Counted from the first letter of the stretch, positions 1 through 10,622 are shown. The stretch is 32,000 bases of DNA from Nitrosococcus oceani ATCC 19707 (GCF_000012805.1 NC_007484.1:2010001-2042000); one strand, 5' to 3'. Notes: generated from the sequence alone by a model not told the origin. Program-made: numbers and translations.

Positions 1-990
1 TTCCCCCATGCCACCACCTTGGATGTGACCTCTATCCGGCTTGCCGTCTTAAATAAAGACAGCGGTACTTTGGGGCGGGATCTAGCGGCGCGCTTTACCG
101 CCGGGCAAGGTTTTAGGCTGGTGGCAACGCTCACCCATGATGCTGGAATCACCCCGCTGGTGAAGGCCGGGAAGGTGGATCTGGTGCTCCACATCGGCGA
201 GAATTTTTCCCAGAATTTAAAACAAGGACTCTCTGCTCCGGTGCAATTGATTGTGGATGGCCGCAATTCCAATACGGCTTTGATTCTCCTGAATTACACC
301 AGTCAAATTGTGGCTGACTTTAATCGGGAAATGGCCCGCCAGCCTTTGCCGGCCCACCTGGTGGAACGGGCCTGGTTCAATCCCAACCTCTTGAGCTTTT
401 GGTCCATGCTCCCCGGTTTTCTCGCCATTATTACCCTGGTCGCGACCCTTTCCATTACCGGTTTTGCGGTGGCCCGGGAAAAAGAGGTTGGGACCTTCCA
501 GCAGCTCTTGGTCACCCCCCTGCGCCCCATGGAGATCGTGATCGGCAAAACCATACCGGCGCTGATTATTGGCCTGGGGGAAAGTATCGTCATCCTTTTG
601 ATAGCGGTCTATGGCTACGAAGTGCCCTTGATTGGAAATTTACTGTTTCTGTACCTAAGTCTCTTTTTCTTTCTGCTTTCCAGTATCGGGACCGGATTGA
701 TGATCTCCTCCCTCGCCAGAACCCAGCAGCAAGCCCTATTAGGGGCTTTCTTTTTTATCGTTCCTACCGTAATTCTTTCAGGCTTTGCTTCTCCTATTGC
801 CAATATGCCCGAATGGATTCAAATCCTGACCTATCTCAATCCCATGCGTTATTTTCTTGAAATTTCCCATGGCATTTTTCTCAAGGACGCGTCGGCCGAA
901 TTCGTCTTGGCACGGGTTTGGCCCATGGCTCTCATCGCCTCAACCGCTTTATTGCTTGCTGCCTGGCTATTCCGCCGCCGGCTTTATTGA
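1..990 (+). CDS. ABC-2 type transporter permease; the 5' end runs off the window
   Basis: Frame 1 is open from base 1 (FPHATTLDVT...), so the ORF-track start at 19 (TTG) is probably not the true start. The layout is a soluble loop followed by about 5-6 hydrophobic helices, with the EKEVGTFQQLLVTPLRPMEIVIGK block typical of ABC-2 (YhhJ/YbhS-like) membrane domains. Confidence 0.8.
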   Translation, partial: FPHATTLDVTSIRLAVLNKDSGTLGRDLAARFTAGQGFRLVATLTHDAGITPLVKAGKVDLVLHIGENFSQNLKQGLSAPVQLIVDGRNSNTALILLNYTSQIVADFNREMARQPLPAHLVERAWFNPNLLSFWSMLPGFLAIITLVATLSITGFAVAREKEVGTFQQLLVTPLRPMEIVIGKTIPALIIGLGESIVILLIAVYGYEVPLIGNLLFLYLSLFFFLLSSIGTGLMISSLARTQQQALLGAFFFIVPTVILSGFASPIANMPEWIQILTYLNPMRYFLEISHGIFLKDASAEFVLARVWPMALIASTALLLAAWLFRRRLY

Positions 991-1022
991 GAAAAATGCG
1001 GTCCCATTCCCTCGCTTATCTT

Positions 1023-1994
1023 TCACTTTGGAGTTTCTCCGTCTTCCGTAGAGTCCGATAGGTCACCACGCCCCTTAAAGGATTGGGCCTCGAGGTAAAT
1101 ACGCTTGATTTCCGGATACGCTTGGCGGATCTTCATCTCCAGGCGATCAACAGCATTCTCGAGCTCTGCCACTGATAGATTGGGGCGGAACTTGATATCC
1201 AGATTCAGCAACACTTGGTCGGGTCCAAAATGCATCGTAAGCGGGCGGCGTAAATCCGCTACCGCCGGATCGGTGTTGGCGATCTCGTGAATGTGTCGCA
1301 CAATTTGCGGGTCGGCGCTTTCTCCAACAAGCAGATGCTTACCCTCGTAAATCAGAAACAGTGCCACAGCCGCTAGGATGAGACCGATAACGATAGAAGC
1401 GGAACCATCGAAATAGTGATTATTGAGCGTGTGCCCTAAATAAACGCCTAAAAAAGCGACCACCACGCCCGCCAATGCGGCTGAATCTTCGCAAAACACC
1501 GTGAATACAGACGGATCCTTGCTGATTCTAAGCGCTTGCCAAAAGCTTCTGTCCCGGTTTTTACTAGCCAAAAGCTCTTTCAGAGCAATGATCCACGAGA
1601 TGCCCTCTGCGACAAAGGCAATGCCTAAAACGATATAGCTCCAGGTAGGATCGGTTATTTCGGTGGGGTGCAGCAAGTGCGTAATGCCCTCGTAGATGGA
1701 CATGCCGCTACCGATACCGAATAGGGCAATAGCAACGATCAGACTCCAGAAATAAAGCTCCTTGCCATAGCCGAACGGATGTTGCTCATCGGCCGGCTTA
1801 TTACTCCTTTTTACCCCGAGTAACAACAGCAATTCATTGCCAGTATCCACCATTGAGTGGATACCTTCAGAGAGCATGGCTGAACTTCCGGAAAAGTAGG
1901 CGGCTATAAATTTGGCGACAGCGATAAAAAAATTAGCTGCTATAGCACCATAGATGACCAATAAACGTCCAGAAAGTTGAGAACGCAAAATCAA
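1023..1994 (-). CDS. Cation diffusion facilitator (CDF) family metal efflux transporter
   Basis: 323-aa ORF with six N-terminal TM helices. It has the motifs SSAMLSEGIHSMVDTGNE and HPFGYGKELYFWS and a C-terminal cytoplasmic domain (LTMHFGPDQVLLNLDI...). This is the classic FieF/CzcD-like architecture. Confidence 0.85.
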   Translation of the reverse strand: MILRSQLSGRLLVIYGAIAANFFIAVAKFIAAYFSGSSAMLSEGIHSMVDTGNELLLLLGVKRSNKPADEQHPFGYGKELYFWSLIVAIALFGIGSGMSIYEGITHLLHPTEITDPTWSYIVLGIAFVAEGISWIIALKELLASKNRDRSFWQALRISKDPSVFTVFCEDSAALAGVVVAFLGVYLGHTLNNHYFDGSASIVIGLILAAVALFLIYEGKHLLVGESADPQIVRHIHEIANTDPAVADLRRPLTMHFGPDQVLLNLDIKFRPNLSVAELENAVDRLEMKIRQAYPEIKRIYLEAQSFKGRGDLSDSTEDGETPK

Positions 1995-2082
1995 TGCCTC
2001 CGCTTGGAATCAGTTTTTGATGGGTCCATTATGGGCGTGGCCGCCTGCGGCCTTGATCGTCTCGATCTTGTCCGCCATGGGC

Positions 2083-2360
2083 CTAACCGCCGGTCGCGAA
2101 GCCGGGAAAGAGAGCCATGCCGCCGTCCACGAACAGAGTCGTGCCGGTGACGTAATCCGAGGCATCGGAGCTGAGCCAGACCACCGCTCGGGCGATGTCA
2201 TCTGGCTCGCCGATTCGTTTGTAGGGCACCAGCTTCATCAGATCAGCATAGGCTTCAGGCGTGCTCCAGGCGGCAGTATTGATAGGCGTGCAAACGCACC
2301 CGGTCCGATGCCATTGACGCGGATGCGCAGCGGCGCGAGCACACGATCCAGTAGAGCTTA
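2083..2360 (-). pseudogene. Short-chain dehydrogenase/reductase (SDR) C-terminal remnant
   Basis: Minus-strand translation gives [53 protein letters not shown]-stop (TAG at 2083-2085), a textbook SDR C-terminus. The preceding [14 protein letters not shown] block is in another frame and is preceded by a stop. No Rossmann N-terminus is recognisable upstream. Confidence 0.6.
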
Positions 2361-2655
2361 AAGGGTCCGATCAAATGACACAGTTGTGGCCAGGCCGCAC
2401 GCTATGAAAACGAAGCTCGGACGATCAAGCACTTGGTCGCGGGATACCAACGAAGCGGACATGGAATGGAACATCTCAACGACGCCGAAGTCACAAATCT
2501 ATCACATTATACCGTCGGTTCGGTATAAGGCGATACTGCAATTTCCGATAGATCCGACGACTAAAACCGTTATGTAGCCCGCGAGCGACTTAGCGTACGA
2601 TTTTTCCCGAATTCCCCGATCGCCCCTATTTCAGGAAGCAAAGCAGGGCGCTACG

Positions 2656-2945
2656 TCAGGCCAGTTCGATGCGCATGGTACAGCCGGCAGCGGAGGCGGC
2701 GTGCTGCACGGTATCGAGCTGTACCTTCTCGTTGTTCGGGTCCAGCAGACGATCAAGCTGGGTACGACTGGTCTTCATAGGCGCGCCATGGCGGTCTTGG
2801 TGAGTCCCTTGGCCTCCATGGCTTCGGTAATCTGCTAGGTTAGCATACGCTTGAGGGCGTGGGTGGTGGCTTCCTCAAAAATGCCTTCCTCCTTCAGGAA
2901 GTCATCGAAGGAAGAACCGATGTGTTTGAGGGCCATTACGCCCAT
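2656..2945 (-). pseudogene. XRE/HigA-type HTH antitoxin, disrupted by an in-frame TAG and a frameshift
   Basis: The minus strand reads MGVMALKHIGSSFDDFLKEEGIFEEATTHALKRMLT-TAG(2835-2837)-QITEAMEAKGLTKTAMARL. After a frame change near 2775-2790 it continues MKTSRTQLDRLLDPNNEKVQLDTVQHAASAAGCTMRIELA-stop. The layout is that of a ~100-aa HTH antitoxin. A very degraded RelE/HigB-like stretch (..ILRCPLRKRTRLTASSREAA..) may lie just upstream at 2946-3070. Confidence 0.5.
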
Positions 2946-3085
2946 AAATACCCGCATGCCGCCTCACGGCTGGAAGCAGTCAAACGGGTACGCTTTCTCA
3001 ACGGGCAGCGCAGGATGTGCGCCCGCGTCCACAGAGTGCAAATACATGGCTGGTCCCCGCAGGATACCCCGGGAATAAGCCTGGA

Positions 3086-4429
3086 TCAGGGGCTCAGCAC
3101 CGTCGTTGCAATCCAGAAATAGACCAACACACCGACTGCATCCGATATCGTTGTGACCAGCGGCGCACTTGCCGTTGCCGGGTCAAGCCGCAGGCGGCTG
3201 AGCAGAAAGGGCAGTGACATGCCCGCCAGGCTGCCAACAATGACGACTAGTAGCATGGTCAACCCTACGACTAGCGCGATCTCGGAATCGCCGCGCAGCA
3301 ACCCAACCGGGAAAACAAGTAGCGCCATCGTCGCCCCCAGCGCGAGCGCAATCAACAGTTCACGCAGGATCAGGTCGCGCCAGTCCTTCAGCGCCACGTC
3401 GCCCGTAGCCAGCGCCCGCACCATCAGGGTTGCCGACTGTGACCCAGCATTGCCGCTGCTATCAATTAACAGCGGAAGAAAAAATACGAGCGATACATAG
3501 GCCAGGATCGTATCCTCGAAGAATGCGATCCCCGCGCCCGAAAACAGATTTCCAAACACCAGCAGCGCAAGCCAGAAAATCCGTTTCCTGTAAAGCACGC
3601 CCATGCTGGCCTCGCGCACGCTTTGTGAAAACGGGAGGACAGTAGCAATCTTGTGGAAATCCTCAGTCGTTTCCGCCTGCATCGCGTCGGCGGCATCGTC
3701 ATGGGTGACGATGCCGACCAACCTGCCGTCCTCATCAATCACCGGCAGCGCCAATAGATCATAACGTTCAATCATCCGCGCGACATGCTCTTGATCGCTA
3801 TCTAGCGCGACGGACACCGGAGCATGGTCCATGATCTCTTCAATCCGCGTATCGGCGGCGGCCAGAATGAGTTGGTGCAGCCGGATGGAGCCGATCAGGT
3901 GGCGCTCGCGATCCAGGATATAGGACCGGTAGATGGTTTCCTTCTCGGGTGCTTCGCGCCGCAACAACTCAATTGCCTCATGGGCCGTCATATCAGCGGC
4001 AAGCGTGGCATAGTCCGAGGTCATAATCGCCCCGGCGGTGCCTTCAGCATAGGCTGACAGACGACGAATATCCTCGCGCTCTTCTTGCGCCAGGCCGCGC
4101 AGCAGCCACTGTTGTTCCTTCGGCGTTAAATGATTGAACAAATCGGCGCGGTCATCCGCATTCATCTGGGTGACAATTTCCGCCAGGTCGCGCCGGTCCA
4201 GCCGGCGCGCAAGCGCTACCTGCGTATCCGGTTGCAGGTAGCCGAACGTCTCGGTCCGCCGCGGCAAGGGTAGCGCAAGAAGCTGTTCCTGCGCCTCCTC
4301 GCATGGAATTTCCTCCAGCCAAGCAGCTAGATCGACCGCATACGCCGTCTCAATGAAATCACGGAGTGTCCCAGGCGCAGCATGGGCCTTAGGGATCGCA
4401 TTGCTTGGGTTCTCTTCATTCTTTCTCAT
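3086..4429 (-). CDS. mgtE: Magnesium transporter MgtE
   Basis: It has an N-domain, a tandem CBS pair (IMTSDYATL..., IMDHAPVSV...LPVIDEDGRLVGIVTHDD) and a C-terminal 5-TM domain with the LLIDSSGNAGSQSATLMVRALATGDV signature. The ORF track starts at TTG 4453; I prefer ATG 4429 (MRKNEENP), but the start is uncertain. Confidence 0.9.
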   Translation of the reverse strand: MRKNEENPSNAIPKAHAAPGTLRDFIETAYAVDLAAWLEEIPCEEAQEQLLALPLPRRTETFGYLQPDTQVALARRLDRRDLAEIVTQMNADDRADLFNHLTPKEQQWLLRGLAQEEREDIRRLSAYAEGTAGAIMTSDYATLAADMTAHEAIELLRREAPEKETIYRSYILDRERHLIGSIRLHQLILAAADTRIEEIMDHAPVSVALDSDQEHVARMIERYDLLALPVIDEDGRLVGIVTHDDAADAMQAETTEDFHKIATVLPFSQSVREASMGVLYRKRIFWLALLVFGNLFSGAGIAFFEDTILAYVSLVFFLPLLIDSSGNAGSQSATLMVRALATGDVALKDWRDLILRELLIALALGATMALLVFPVGLLRGDSEIALVVGLTMLLVVIVGSLAGMSLPFLLSRLRLDPATASAPLVTTISDAVGVLVYFWIATTVLSP

Positions 4430-4535
4430 CCAGATACCACCGCTGCGGAGCAAAGAGACAGAAACTGCAACATTGGCAACTCGACATCTGATGCGCGGAC
4501 CCTATAGACCGCCGGAATAAACCTTCAAAGACTAA

Positions 4536-5687
4536 TCAAAAACGATAGATGGCGGCGGCGCCAGTCTGTGTTGGCATTCGTTCACTGGGGACGATCACAA
4601 CTTCGCCGCTGGTCTTGAGCACATGCTCGCCGAGATCATCGAGCACATCGTCAATTTCCGGGTTACTCAAATTATCAGTGGTAATTTGACCGCTTGTGGC
4701 ATCAATATAACCGGGAATTAAACGGTCGGCCTCGATCAATAACGTTGCAATCCGCCCGGCGATGGCGGCCGTGGCGATCTCGCTAAGGTCATCCGCGCCC
4801 TGCCCCTTTGCAGCCGCCGCGCCAAACGATTCCACCAAACCGGCTAGCCGCTCAAGGTAATAGGGCTGCACCAATTGCCATGCGCGTTCACGCAACGCAT
4901 CAAGCGATAACGCCTCTGGGTTAGTGTTAATACCTTCGCTCATTAGCAAAGGATTACTGCTAATGGCGCGAAACAGATGATGGTGCTGAGGTAGCGCCGC
5001 CAGTATTAGGCGCTGTCCCAATGGTTGGGAATAATGCTTCAGCACTACTTCATCCACAGCGCGAAAAAATAGTTGGGTGTTGCGATCCTCAACATCTTGC
5101 TTTACATCGGTGCCGTGCCGCGCTGCGGCACCGGGCCGCCCAGCAGAGCTGTATGCGCGGTGAGCGCCTTCACGATCACCCTCATCTTTGCCTTGTTGTT
5201 CATCGATCACTTGCGCCGCGCTTTCAATGAGCTGAATCTCATCCAGCGCATCGCGATTGCCCTCGAACATCTTGAACGCGTGCCGGCTCAAACCAAGAAT
5301 CTGGTAGCGATCGGCCGATTGCACAATGCGCATGAGCGGCTTGGTATGAAAGCTGTCGGCGACAACCGATAGCTCGACAACTGGCCGCTGCAGTCTATAC
5401 ACGCGGAACAGCCCAGGCGCACTCAGCACCGCCAGCCCGTCTGCGGTATGATTCCAGAAAGACCGATCTTCGGCTAAGTCCTCAAATGGGCGCAGTAGCG
5501 CCGTAATATCACGAGACGGATACTTCTTGCGCAGGGATTCCTCCATTTCCTTCACCAGATTGCGGAAGCGGATCGGGTCCTGGGTGTTTTCAGGATGCTG
5601 TCGGTGCGTCGGCTGATAGAGCGAGAGACAAGGCGGCTCGTGCTTGTCCAGCAAAATAGCTGGGTAATCTTGCGTTAATGAGTTCAT
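4536..5687 (-). CDS. Hypothetical protein, possibly a bacterial eRF1-like (baeRF-type) family member
   Basis: 383-aa ORF with GGAGG 9 nt upstream of the ATG. The N-terminus CLSLYQPTHRQHPENTQDPIRFRNLVKEMEE..FWNHTADGLAVL..FRVYRLQRPV matches my recollection of baeRF family consensus (SLY.PTH..., IR.KNL). The coding call is solid; the family call rests on memory only. Confidence 0.55.
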   Translation of the reverse strand: MNSLTQDYPAILLDKHEPPCLSLYQPTHRQHPENTQDPIRFRNLVKEMEESLRKKYPSRDITALLRPFEDLAEDRSFWNHTADGLAVLSAPGLFRVYRLQRPVVELSVVADSFHTKPLMRIVQSADRYQILGLSRHAFKMFEGNRDALDEIQLIESAAQVIDEQQGKDEGDREGAHRAYSSAGRPGAAARHGTDVKQDVEDRNTQLFFRAVDEVVLKHYSQPLGQRLILAALPQHHHLFRAISSNPLLMSEGINTNPEALSLDALRERAWQLVQPYYLERLAGLVESFGAAAAKGQGADDLSEIATAAIAGRIATLLIEADRLIPGYIDATSGQITTDNLSNPEIDDVLDDLGEHVLKTSGEVVIVPSERMPTQTGAAAIYRF

Positions 5688-5743
5688 TGTCGTAGACCTC
5701 CAAATAAGTGCTTGTAAAACAGGGTAAAAGCGCGAGAGTTAAT

Positions 5744-6448
5744 TCAACTACGGAATAATTTAGGATTTCGTTCGATAAATCTATCGAGCCAAATGTCGAA
5801 CAGTGAGCGCTCCCGTCGTTTCATGCTCCACCAGCCGAAACCACTTATTGTGAGCGCGCCCAAGGCGTCGACTATCAGGTCCCACATTGTATCAGTTAGC
5901 CCTGAAGGATCGCCCATCATGGGTTTTTGCATATTCGTGCCGAGAACCTGATCGCAGATGAATTCAAATATCTCCTAAACAGCGCCAACGGCAACTGCAA
6001 AAGCAAATGCAAACAAGGTGACGAATCCCGGGCGCATATTAATATCGATGCGTTTATTCTCATTTAACACATAGACCAGCAAAAAACCAAGGAGACCCAA
6101 CAACAAACCTGAAGTTGTGTGCAGGGCAATATCCCACCACCAGAAGCGTTCATAATAACTCTGGAACTCTCCTAGGAAGAGTGCGGCAAATACAAACCAG
6201 ATTGCCAAAACCTCGAACTCTGGCGAGATACGAACAGGCAACCGGGGACCGAGAATCTCTGGCGCGCAGGTAATGGCAATGATTGCCAGCAGCCAGACGC
6301 TACTCGCCCACAGACCCTTGGCAAGCAGGAATACCAACTCGACTCCCATGATAGTCTGGAGAATCAACAAGAGCCCTATACGGATACGTGCGGCTACGGT
6401 GTTCTTAGTCTCCGAGGAAGAAGGGACGGATGGCGTTGGCTCGTTCAC
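5744..6448 (-). pseudogene. YjdF/DUF2238-like polytopic membrane protein interrupted by one in-frame TAG
   Basis: ORFs 5975..6448 and 5744..5932 are in the same frame. Read through the stop at 5975-5977, the sequence is ...FAFAVAVGAV-TAG-EIFEFICDQVLGTNMQKPMMGDPSGLTDTMWDLIVDALGAL... The motifs WWDIALHTTSGLLLG, (x)EIFEF and DTMWDLIVDALGA continue across the stop, as expected for one ~220-aa protein. Confidence 0.6.
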
Positions 6449-6494
6449 TGCTTATCTCTGCTGGCAACTAATCGGGCAGGTTTTTACAAATACC

Positions 6495-9218
6495 TCAGGC
6501 CGCCAAAAGCTGGCGCAGCACCATCTGCAGGATACCACCATTGAGGAAGTATTCGATTTCGGCCGGCGCATCGATCCTCACCGTGGTGTCAAACGCCACT
6601 TGAGATCCATCTTGCCGGGTTACCGATACCTTTGCGCTTTGCCGTGGCTCGATGCCGTCGCCGATGCCAGCGATGGAAAAAGTCTCGAAGCCGGTCAAGC
6701 CGAGGGACTTCGCTGAGTCGCCATCCTTGAACTGCAAGGGAAGCACGCCCATACAGACAAGGTTGCTGCGGTGGATACGCTCGTAGCTCTCGGCGATAAC
6801 CGCTTTGACGCCGAGTAACGCGGCGCCCTTGGCCGCCCAGTCGCGCGAGCTGCCCGAACCGTATTCGCGCCCGGCGATAACCACCAGGGGCGTGCCCTCT
6901 TGCTCGTAGCGGACTGCGGCGTCATAGATGCTCATCTTCTCGCCGCTGGGCACATGTACGGTCCAGGGACCCTCAGCGCCAGGCACCATGGCGTTGCGTA
7001 ATCGGATGTTGCCGAAAGTGCCGCGCATCATGACTTCGTGATTGCCGCGCCGTGAGCCAAAGCTGTTGAATTCGGCCGGTGGCACACCATGCTCGAGCAG
7101 ATATTGTCCCGCAGGCGAATCGTCGCTGATAGCACCGGCCGGCGAGATATGGTCAGTGGTGATTGAGTCACCCAGCACGGCCAGGGCCCGCGCTTCTTCG
7201 ATATCCGTCACTGGCGTCGGCGTGTCCGCAAAATCGATGAAAAAAGGGGGCTCGCGCACGTAGGTCGATTCGCCGCTCCAATCGAACAAGGTGCCGGTAG
7301 GTGCAGGCATGCTTTTCCACTTCTCATCGCCCTCGAAGATACGTCCATACTCCTTATCAAACTGATCCGCGGACACCGACGAGGCGATCATCGCTTCGAC
7401 TTCCTCTGCGCTCGGCCAGATGTCCTTCAGGTAAATCGGCTTGCCGTTCCCATCCTTGCCCAGCGGGTCTTTGGACAGGTCGCACAGCACCGTGCCAACC
7501 AGCGCGTAGGCGACCACCAACGGCGGCGAGGCCAAGTAACTCGCTTTCACCTGGGCGTGGATGCGGCCCTCGTAGTTACGGTTACCCGACAACACGGCGG
7601 CCACTGCCAGGTCCTTGTCAGTGACGGCCTTGGCAACTTCTTCGGGCAATGGACCGGAATTGCCGATGCAAGTGGTGCAGCCGTAACCGACCAGGTTGAA
7701 GCCCAGCTTCTCCAGATACGGCATCAGACCGGCCTTGTTCAGATAATCGGTGACGACACGCGACCCTGGCGCCAGCGAGGTCTTCACCCAGGGCCGGGAT
7801 TGCAAGCCAGATTCGACCGCCTTGCGGGCCAGCAGGCCAGCGGCGATCATCACCGAAGGGTTTGAGGTATTGGTGCAACTGGTAATGGCAGCGATGACAA
7901 CTGATCCATGGGTCACCGATGCAGCGGCATTGGGCTGGTGCAGATGCTCCGCTGGACCCTCGCAGGTCCGGCCCTCCTCGGGGGGGCCGCCCTCGGCGAT
8001 CAGGCGGGCGATCGCTTTGGCACTCACCTCGGTCTTCACGCCTTCGATAACGGACTTGAAGGACTGCCTGACGTCGGCCAGGGCGACACGATCCTGGGGC
8101 CGCTTCGGTCCAGCCACACTCGGCTCGACCTTACTCAAGTCAAAATCAAGGACTTCGCTAAAGTTTGGCTCGACGTCGTTGTCGGTCCGGAACAAGCCCT
8201 GTTCGCGTGTGTAGCGCTCGACCAAATCAACATTGGCGCCGCGCCCGGTCAAGCGCAAGTACTCCAAAGTGTTGAAATCGACGGGAAAAAGCGTCGCCGT
8301 GGCACCGAATTCGGGGGACATGTTCGACAGGGTGGCGCGGTCCGCGATGCCCAGGCTGCTCAGCCCGGAGCCGAAAAACTCGACGAACTTACCCACCACG
8401 CCGTACGCCCTGAGCATTTGCGCCAGGGTGAGAACAAGGTCGGTGGCCGTTGTGCCCGGGGGCAACGCTCCCCGCATCCTGACGCCGAGCACAATGGGTT
8501 TGGGCAAGAACATCGGCTGACCAAGCATGGCCGCCTCGGCCTCAATGCCGCCAACTCCCCAGCCCAGCACGCCGAGACCATTGATCATCGGCGTGTGCGA
8601 ATCCATGCCGACCAGGGTGTCGGGAAAAACCCAACCGTCGCGTGCGATAACGACACGCCCAAGGTGTTCCAGGTTGACCTGATGGCAGATACCCATGCCA
8701 GGCGGCACCACCCGGAAACCGTCGAAGGCTTGCTGGGCCCAGTTAAGTAGCGCGTAACGTTCCCGGTTACGACGATACTCCCATTCAAGGTTGGCGGCGT
8801 AGGCATCGGCGCTACCGAAACGGTCGACCTGAACCGAGTGGTCAATAACCAGATCTACGGGGACAAGCGGATTGACCCGCTTGGGATCGCCGCCTGCCCG
8901 GGCCATTGCACTGCGCATGGCGGCAAGATCGACCACGGCTGGAACGCCGGTGAAGTCCTGCATCAAAACCCGCGCTGGCATGAAGGCGAGGGACGCAGCA
9001 GCGCCATTCGGCCAATGGGCGAGCCCTTCGACATCGGCTTGTGATACGTCCCTGCTTCCGACTCTTCGGGCAATATTCTCCAGCAAAATTTTGACGGTGT
9101 GTGGCAGCCGCGCTACATCCGCACCGGTTTTATCGGCCAGCTTTGTGAGACTCACGTAAGAGGCGGCTCCGGACGCAGTCTTTAGCGTCGCTGTAATGCC
9201 AAATGGATCGTTGGTCAT
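6495..9218 (-). CDS. acnA: Aconitate hydratase A
   Basis: ~907 aa from ATG 9218 ([14 protein letters not shown]), with AGGAGA 6-7 nt upstream. Fe-S ligand motifs are present ([29 protein letters not shown]), together with [11 protein letters not shown] and the swivel-domain end. The 45 extra N-terminal codons in the ORF track are probably not translated. Confidence 0.93.
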   Translation of the reverse strand: MTNDPFGITATLKTASGAASYVSLTKLADKTGADVARLPHTVKILLENIARRVGSRDVSQADVEGLAHWPNGAAASLAFMPARVLMQDFTGVPAVVDLAAMRSAMARAGGDPKRVNPLVPVDLVIDHSVQVDRFGSADAYAANLEWEYRRNRERYALLNWAQQAFDGFRVVPPGMGICHQVNLEHLGRVVIARDGWVFPDTLVGMDSHTPMINGLGVLGWGVGGIEAEAAMLGQPMFLPKPIVLGVRMRGALPPGTTATDLVLTLAQMLRAYGVVGKFVEFFGSGLSSLGIADRATLSNMSPEFGATATLFPVDFNTLEYLRLTGRGANVDLVERYTREQGLFRTDNDVEPNFSEVLDFDLSKVEPSVAGPKRPQDRVALADVRQSFKSVIEGVKTEVSAKAIARLIAEGGPPEEGRTCEGPAEHLHQPNAAASVTHGSVVIAAITSCTNTSNPSVMIAAGLLARKAVESGLQSRPWVKTSLAPGSRVVTDYLNKAGLMPYLEKLGFNLVGYGCTTCIGNSGPLPEEVAKAVTDKDLAVAAVLSGNRNYEGRIHAQVKASYLASPPLVVAYALVGTVLCDLSKDPLGKDGNGKPIYLKDIWPSAEEVEAMIASSVSADQFDKEYGRIFEGDEKWKSMPAPTGTLFDWSGESTYVREPPFFIDFADTPTPVTDIEEARALAVLGDSITTDHISPAGAISDDSPAGQYLLEHGVPPAEFNSFGSRRGNHEVMMRGTFGNIRLRNAMVPGAEGPWTVHVPSGEKMSIYDAAVRYEQEGTPLVVIAGREYGSGSSRDWAAKGAALLGVKAVIAESYERIHRSNLVCMGVLPLQFKDGDSAKSLGLTGFETFSIAGIGDGIEPRQSAKVSVTRQDGSQVAFDTTVRIDAPAEIEYFLNGGILQMVLRQLLAA

Positions 9219-9498
9219 GATTTGTCTCCTTGCCTGGTGCCAGTGTTGCTTGCGGTAGTTTTGAACAAACACAGCCGGGGTCTCACCTTGCCGAAAACTG
9301 CCTTCAAAAGTTGATAGCAAGCCACGCCTAAAAATGAAGAAATGCCATAGCACATGAGCGGTGCATTTTCGTTCATGGTGCCCAGAATGTTTTCATCGCC
9401 TGAAAATTGGCCTGGATATCACCTTGACCCGTGCGTATCCACCCAATAACAATGTTAAATCCATGCGCAGCAAATACCCGCAATAGTTTACTGAGTTA

Positions 9499-10350
9499 TT
9501 AAAAAACGATGGTTTTATTACCATGGACCAGTACCCGGTCTTCCAGGTGGCTGCGCACCCCACGAGCCAGCACCAGTTTTTCCACATCTCTTCCCAGGCG
9601 AATCATATCCTCTACGGTATTGTGATGGGTTATACGCATCACATCTTGATCGATGATAGGGCCAGCATCTAGCGCCTCGGTCACATAGTGACAGGTGGCC
9701 CCGATAAGTTTGACACCACGCTCACTGGCCTGGTGATAAGGTTTTGCCCCCACAAAGGAAGGCAGAAAACTATGATGGATGTTAATAATACGATTTTGAT
9801 AGGTATCACAGATATCTCCCGGTAAAATTTGCATGTAGCGAGCAAGCACAATGAGATCCGCCTGATTGTCTTCAACAAGCTGAATAATTCTCTCAAAAGC
9901 ATTTTCTTTACTTTTTCTAGACGTAGGAACAAAGTGATAGGGTGCGCCATAGGCATCCACTAACCGCTTCAAATGCTCATGATTAGAGATAACGCAGCGA
10001 ATATCGCAATAAAGTTCTTTACTATGCCAGCGGTGCAATAGATCAACCAAGCAATGGGATTCTCGACTAGCCATTAACACTATGCGTTTCTTCATACTGG
10101 AGTCAAAAAGACTCCATTTCATCTTGTATTTTTCAGCAATAGGCGAAAATTTATCTTTAAAAGCCTTGATACCAAAAGGTAAAGAGCTACTCCTGATACA
10201 GTGGCGCATGAAGAACCAACCTGATACTGGATCGGAATAGTGACTAGCCTCGTTTATCCAACCGCCATAAGAAGCGATAAACGAGCTGACCTCCGCTACA
10301 ATACCCACCCGATCGGGGCAAGAGATAATCAAACGAAATTCACTATCCAT
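9499..10350 (-). CDS. purU: Formyltetrahydrofolate deformylase
   Basis: 283 aa. It has an N-terminal ACT domain (LIISCPDRVGIVAEVSSFIA) and a formyltransferase core (ADLIVLARYMQIL, IINIHHSFLPSFVGAKPYHQA, GVKLIGATCHYVTEALDAGPII). Confidence 0.93.
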   Translation of the reverse strand: MDSEFRLIISCPDRVGIVAEVSSFIASYGGWINEASHYSDPVSGWFFMRHCIRSSSLPFGIKAFKDKFSPIAEKYKMKWSLFDSSMKKRIVLMASRESHCLVDLLHRWHSKELYCDIRCVISNHEHLKRLVDAYGAPYHFVPTSRKSKENAFERIIQLVEDNQADLIVLARYMQILPGDICDTYQNRIINIHHSFLPSFVGAKPYHQASERGVKLIGATCHYVTEALDAGPIIDQDVMRITHHNTVEDMIRLGRDVEKLVLARGVRSHLEDRVLVHGNKTIVF

Positions 10351-10466
10351 AAGAAACTCTAAGGTGGAAAGAACACATTACAACCTTCCTCTAATACCAA
10401 ACGAATCAAGTATCCGCCCCCCGCAGGGGCGGTTTTGGAATAACCTCTCAAAGGGAATAAAAATAT

Positions 10467-10486
10467 CTTGCCCCAAAAGGGGCAAG
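10467..10486 (-). terminator. Putative intrinsic terminator downstream of the 10623..11009 gene
   Basis: Perfect 8-bp stem CTTGCCCC / GGGGCAAG with a 4-nt loop. On the minus strand it is followed by ATATTTTTATT. Confidence 0.35.
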
Positions 10487-10622
10487 GGATGGCTGTCCTC
10501 CAAATAAGCATTCCTCTCTCTCGCCTCGACGCTCCTTGTTCTCTTGATATTTCACGTTATTTGAAAAAAAGGATTGGAGAAATGCAATGCCACTTGGGTA
10601 CACCCCATACTCTCGGTCCAGG

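Noticed and set aside
2386-2577. 63-aa plus-strand ORF in the relic region
   Set aside because: It has no ribosome-binding site and no family resemblance, and it sits among decayed minus-strand fragments.
2835-5977. Two in-frame TAG codons (2835-2837 and 5975-5977) as possible pyrrolysine or suppressor decoding
   Set aside because: There is no pyl gene context. One of the two genes also carries a frameshift. Other genes in the window, for example the dihaem lipoprotein at 11056 and the tnpB relic, use TAG as an ordinary stop. Simple nonsense mutations are the more economical explanation.
7908-8750. 280-aa plus-strand ORF, and several others at 7042-9159, lying antisense to acnA
   Set aside because: They lie entirely within a confidently identified GC-rich gene on the opposite strand. 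Their composition is Arg/Gly/Ala/Pro-rich and low in complexity, as is typical of antisense frames, and they contain no recognisable motifs.
10414-10436. GC-rich hairpin CCGCCCC-CCGCA-GGGGCGG followed by TTTT on the plus strand
   Set aside because: It looks like a plus-strand intrinsic terminator, but no plus-strand gene lies upstream because both flanking genes are on the minus strand. It may be a bidirectional or structural element, and I cannot assign a function.
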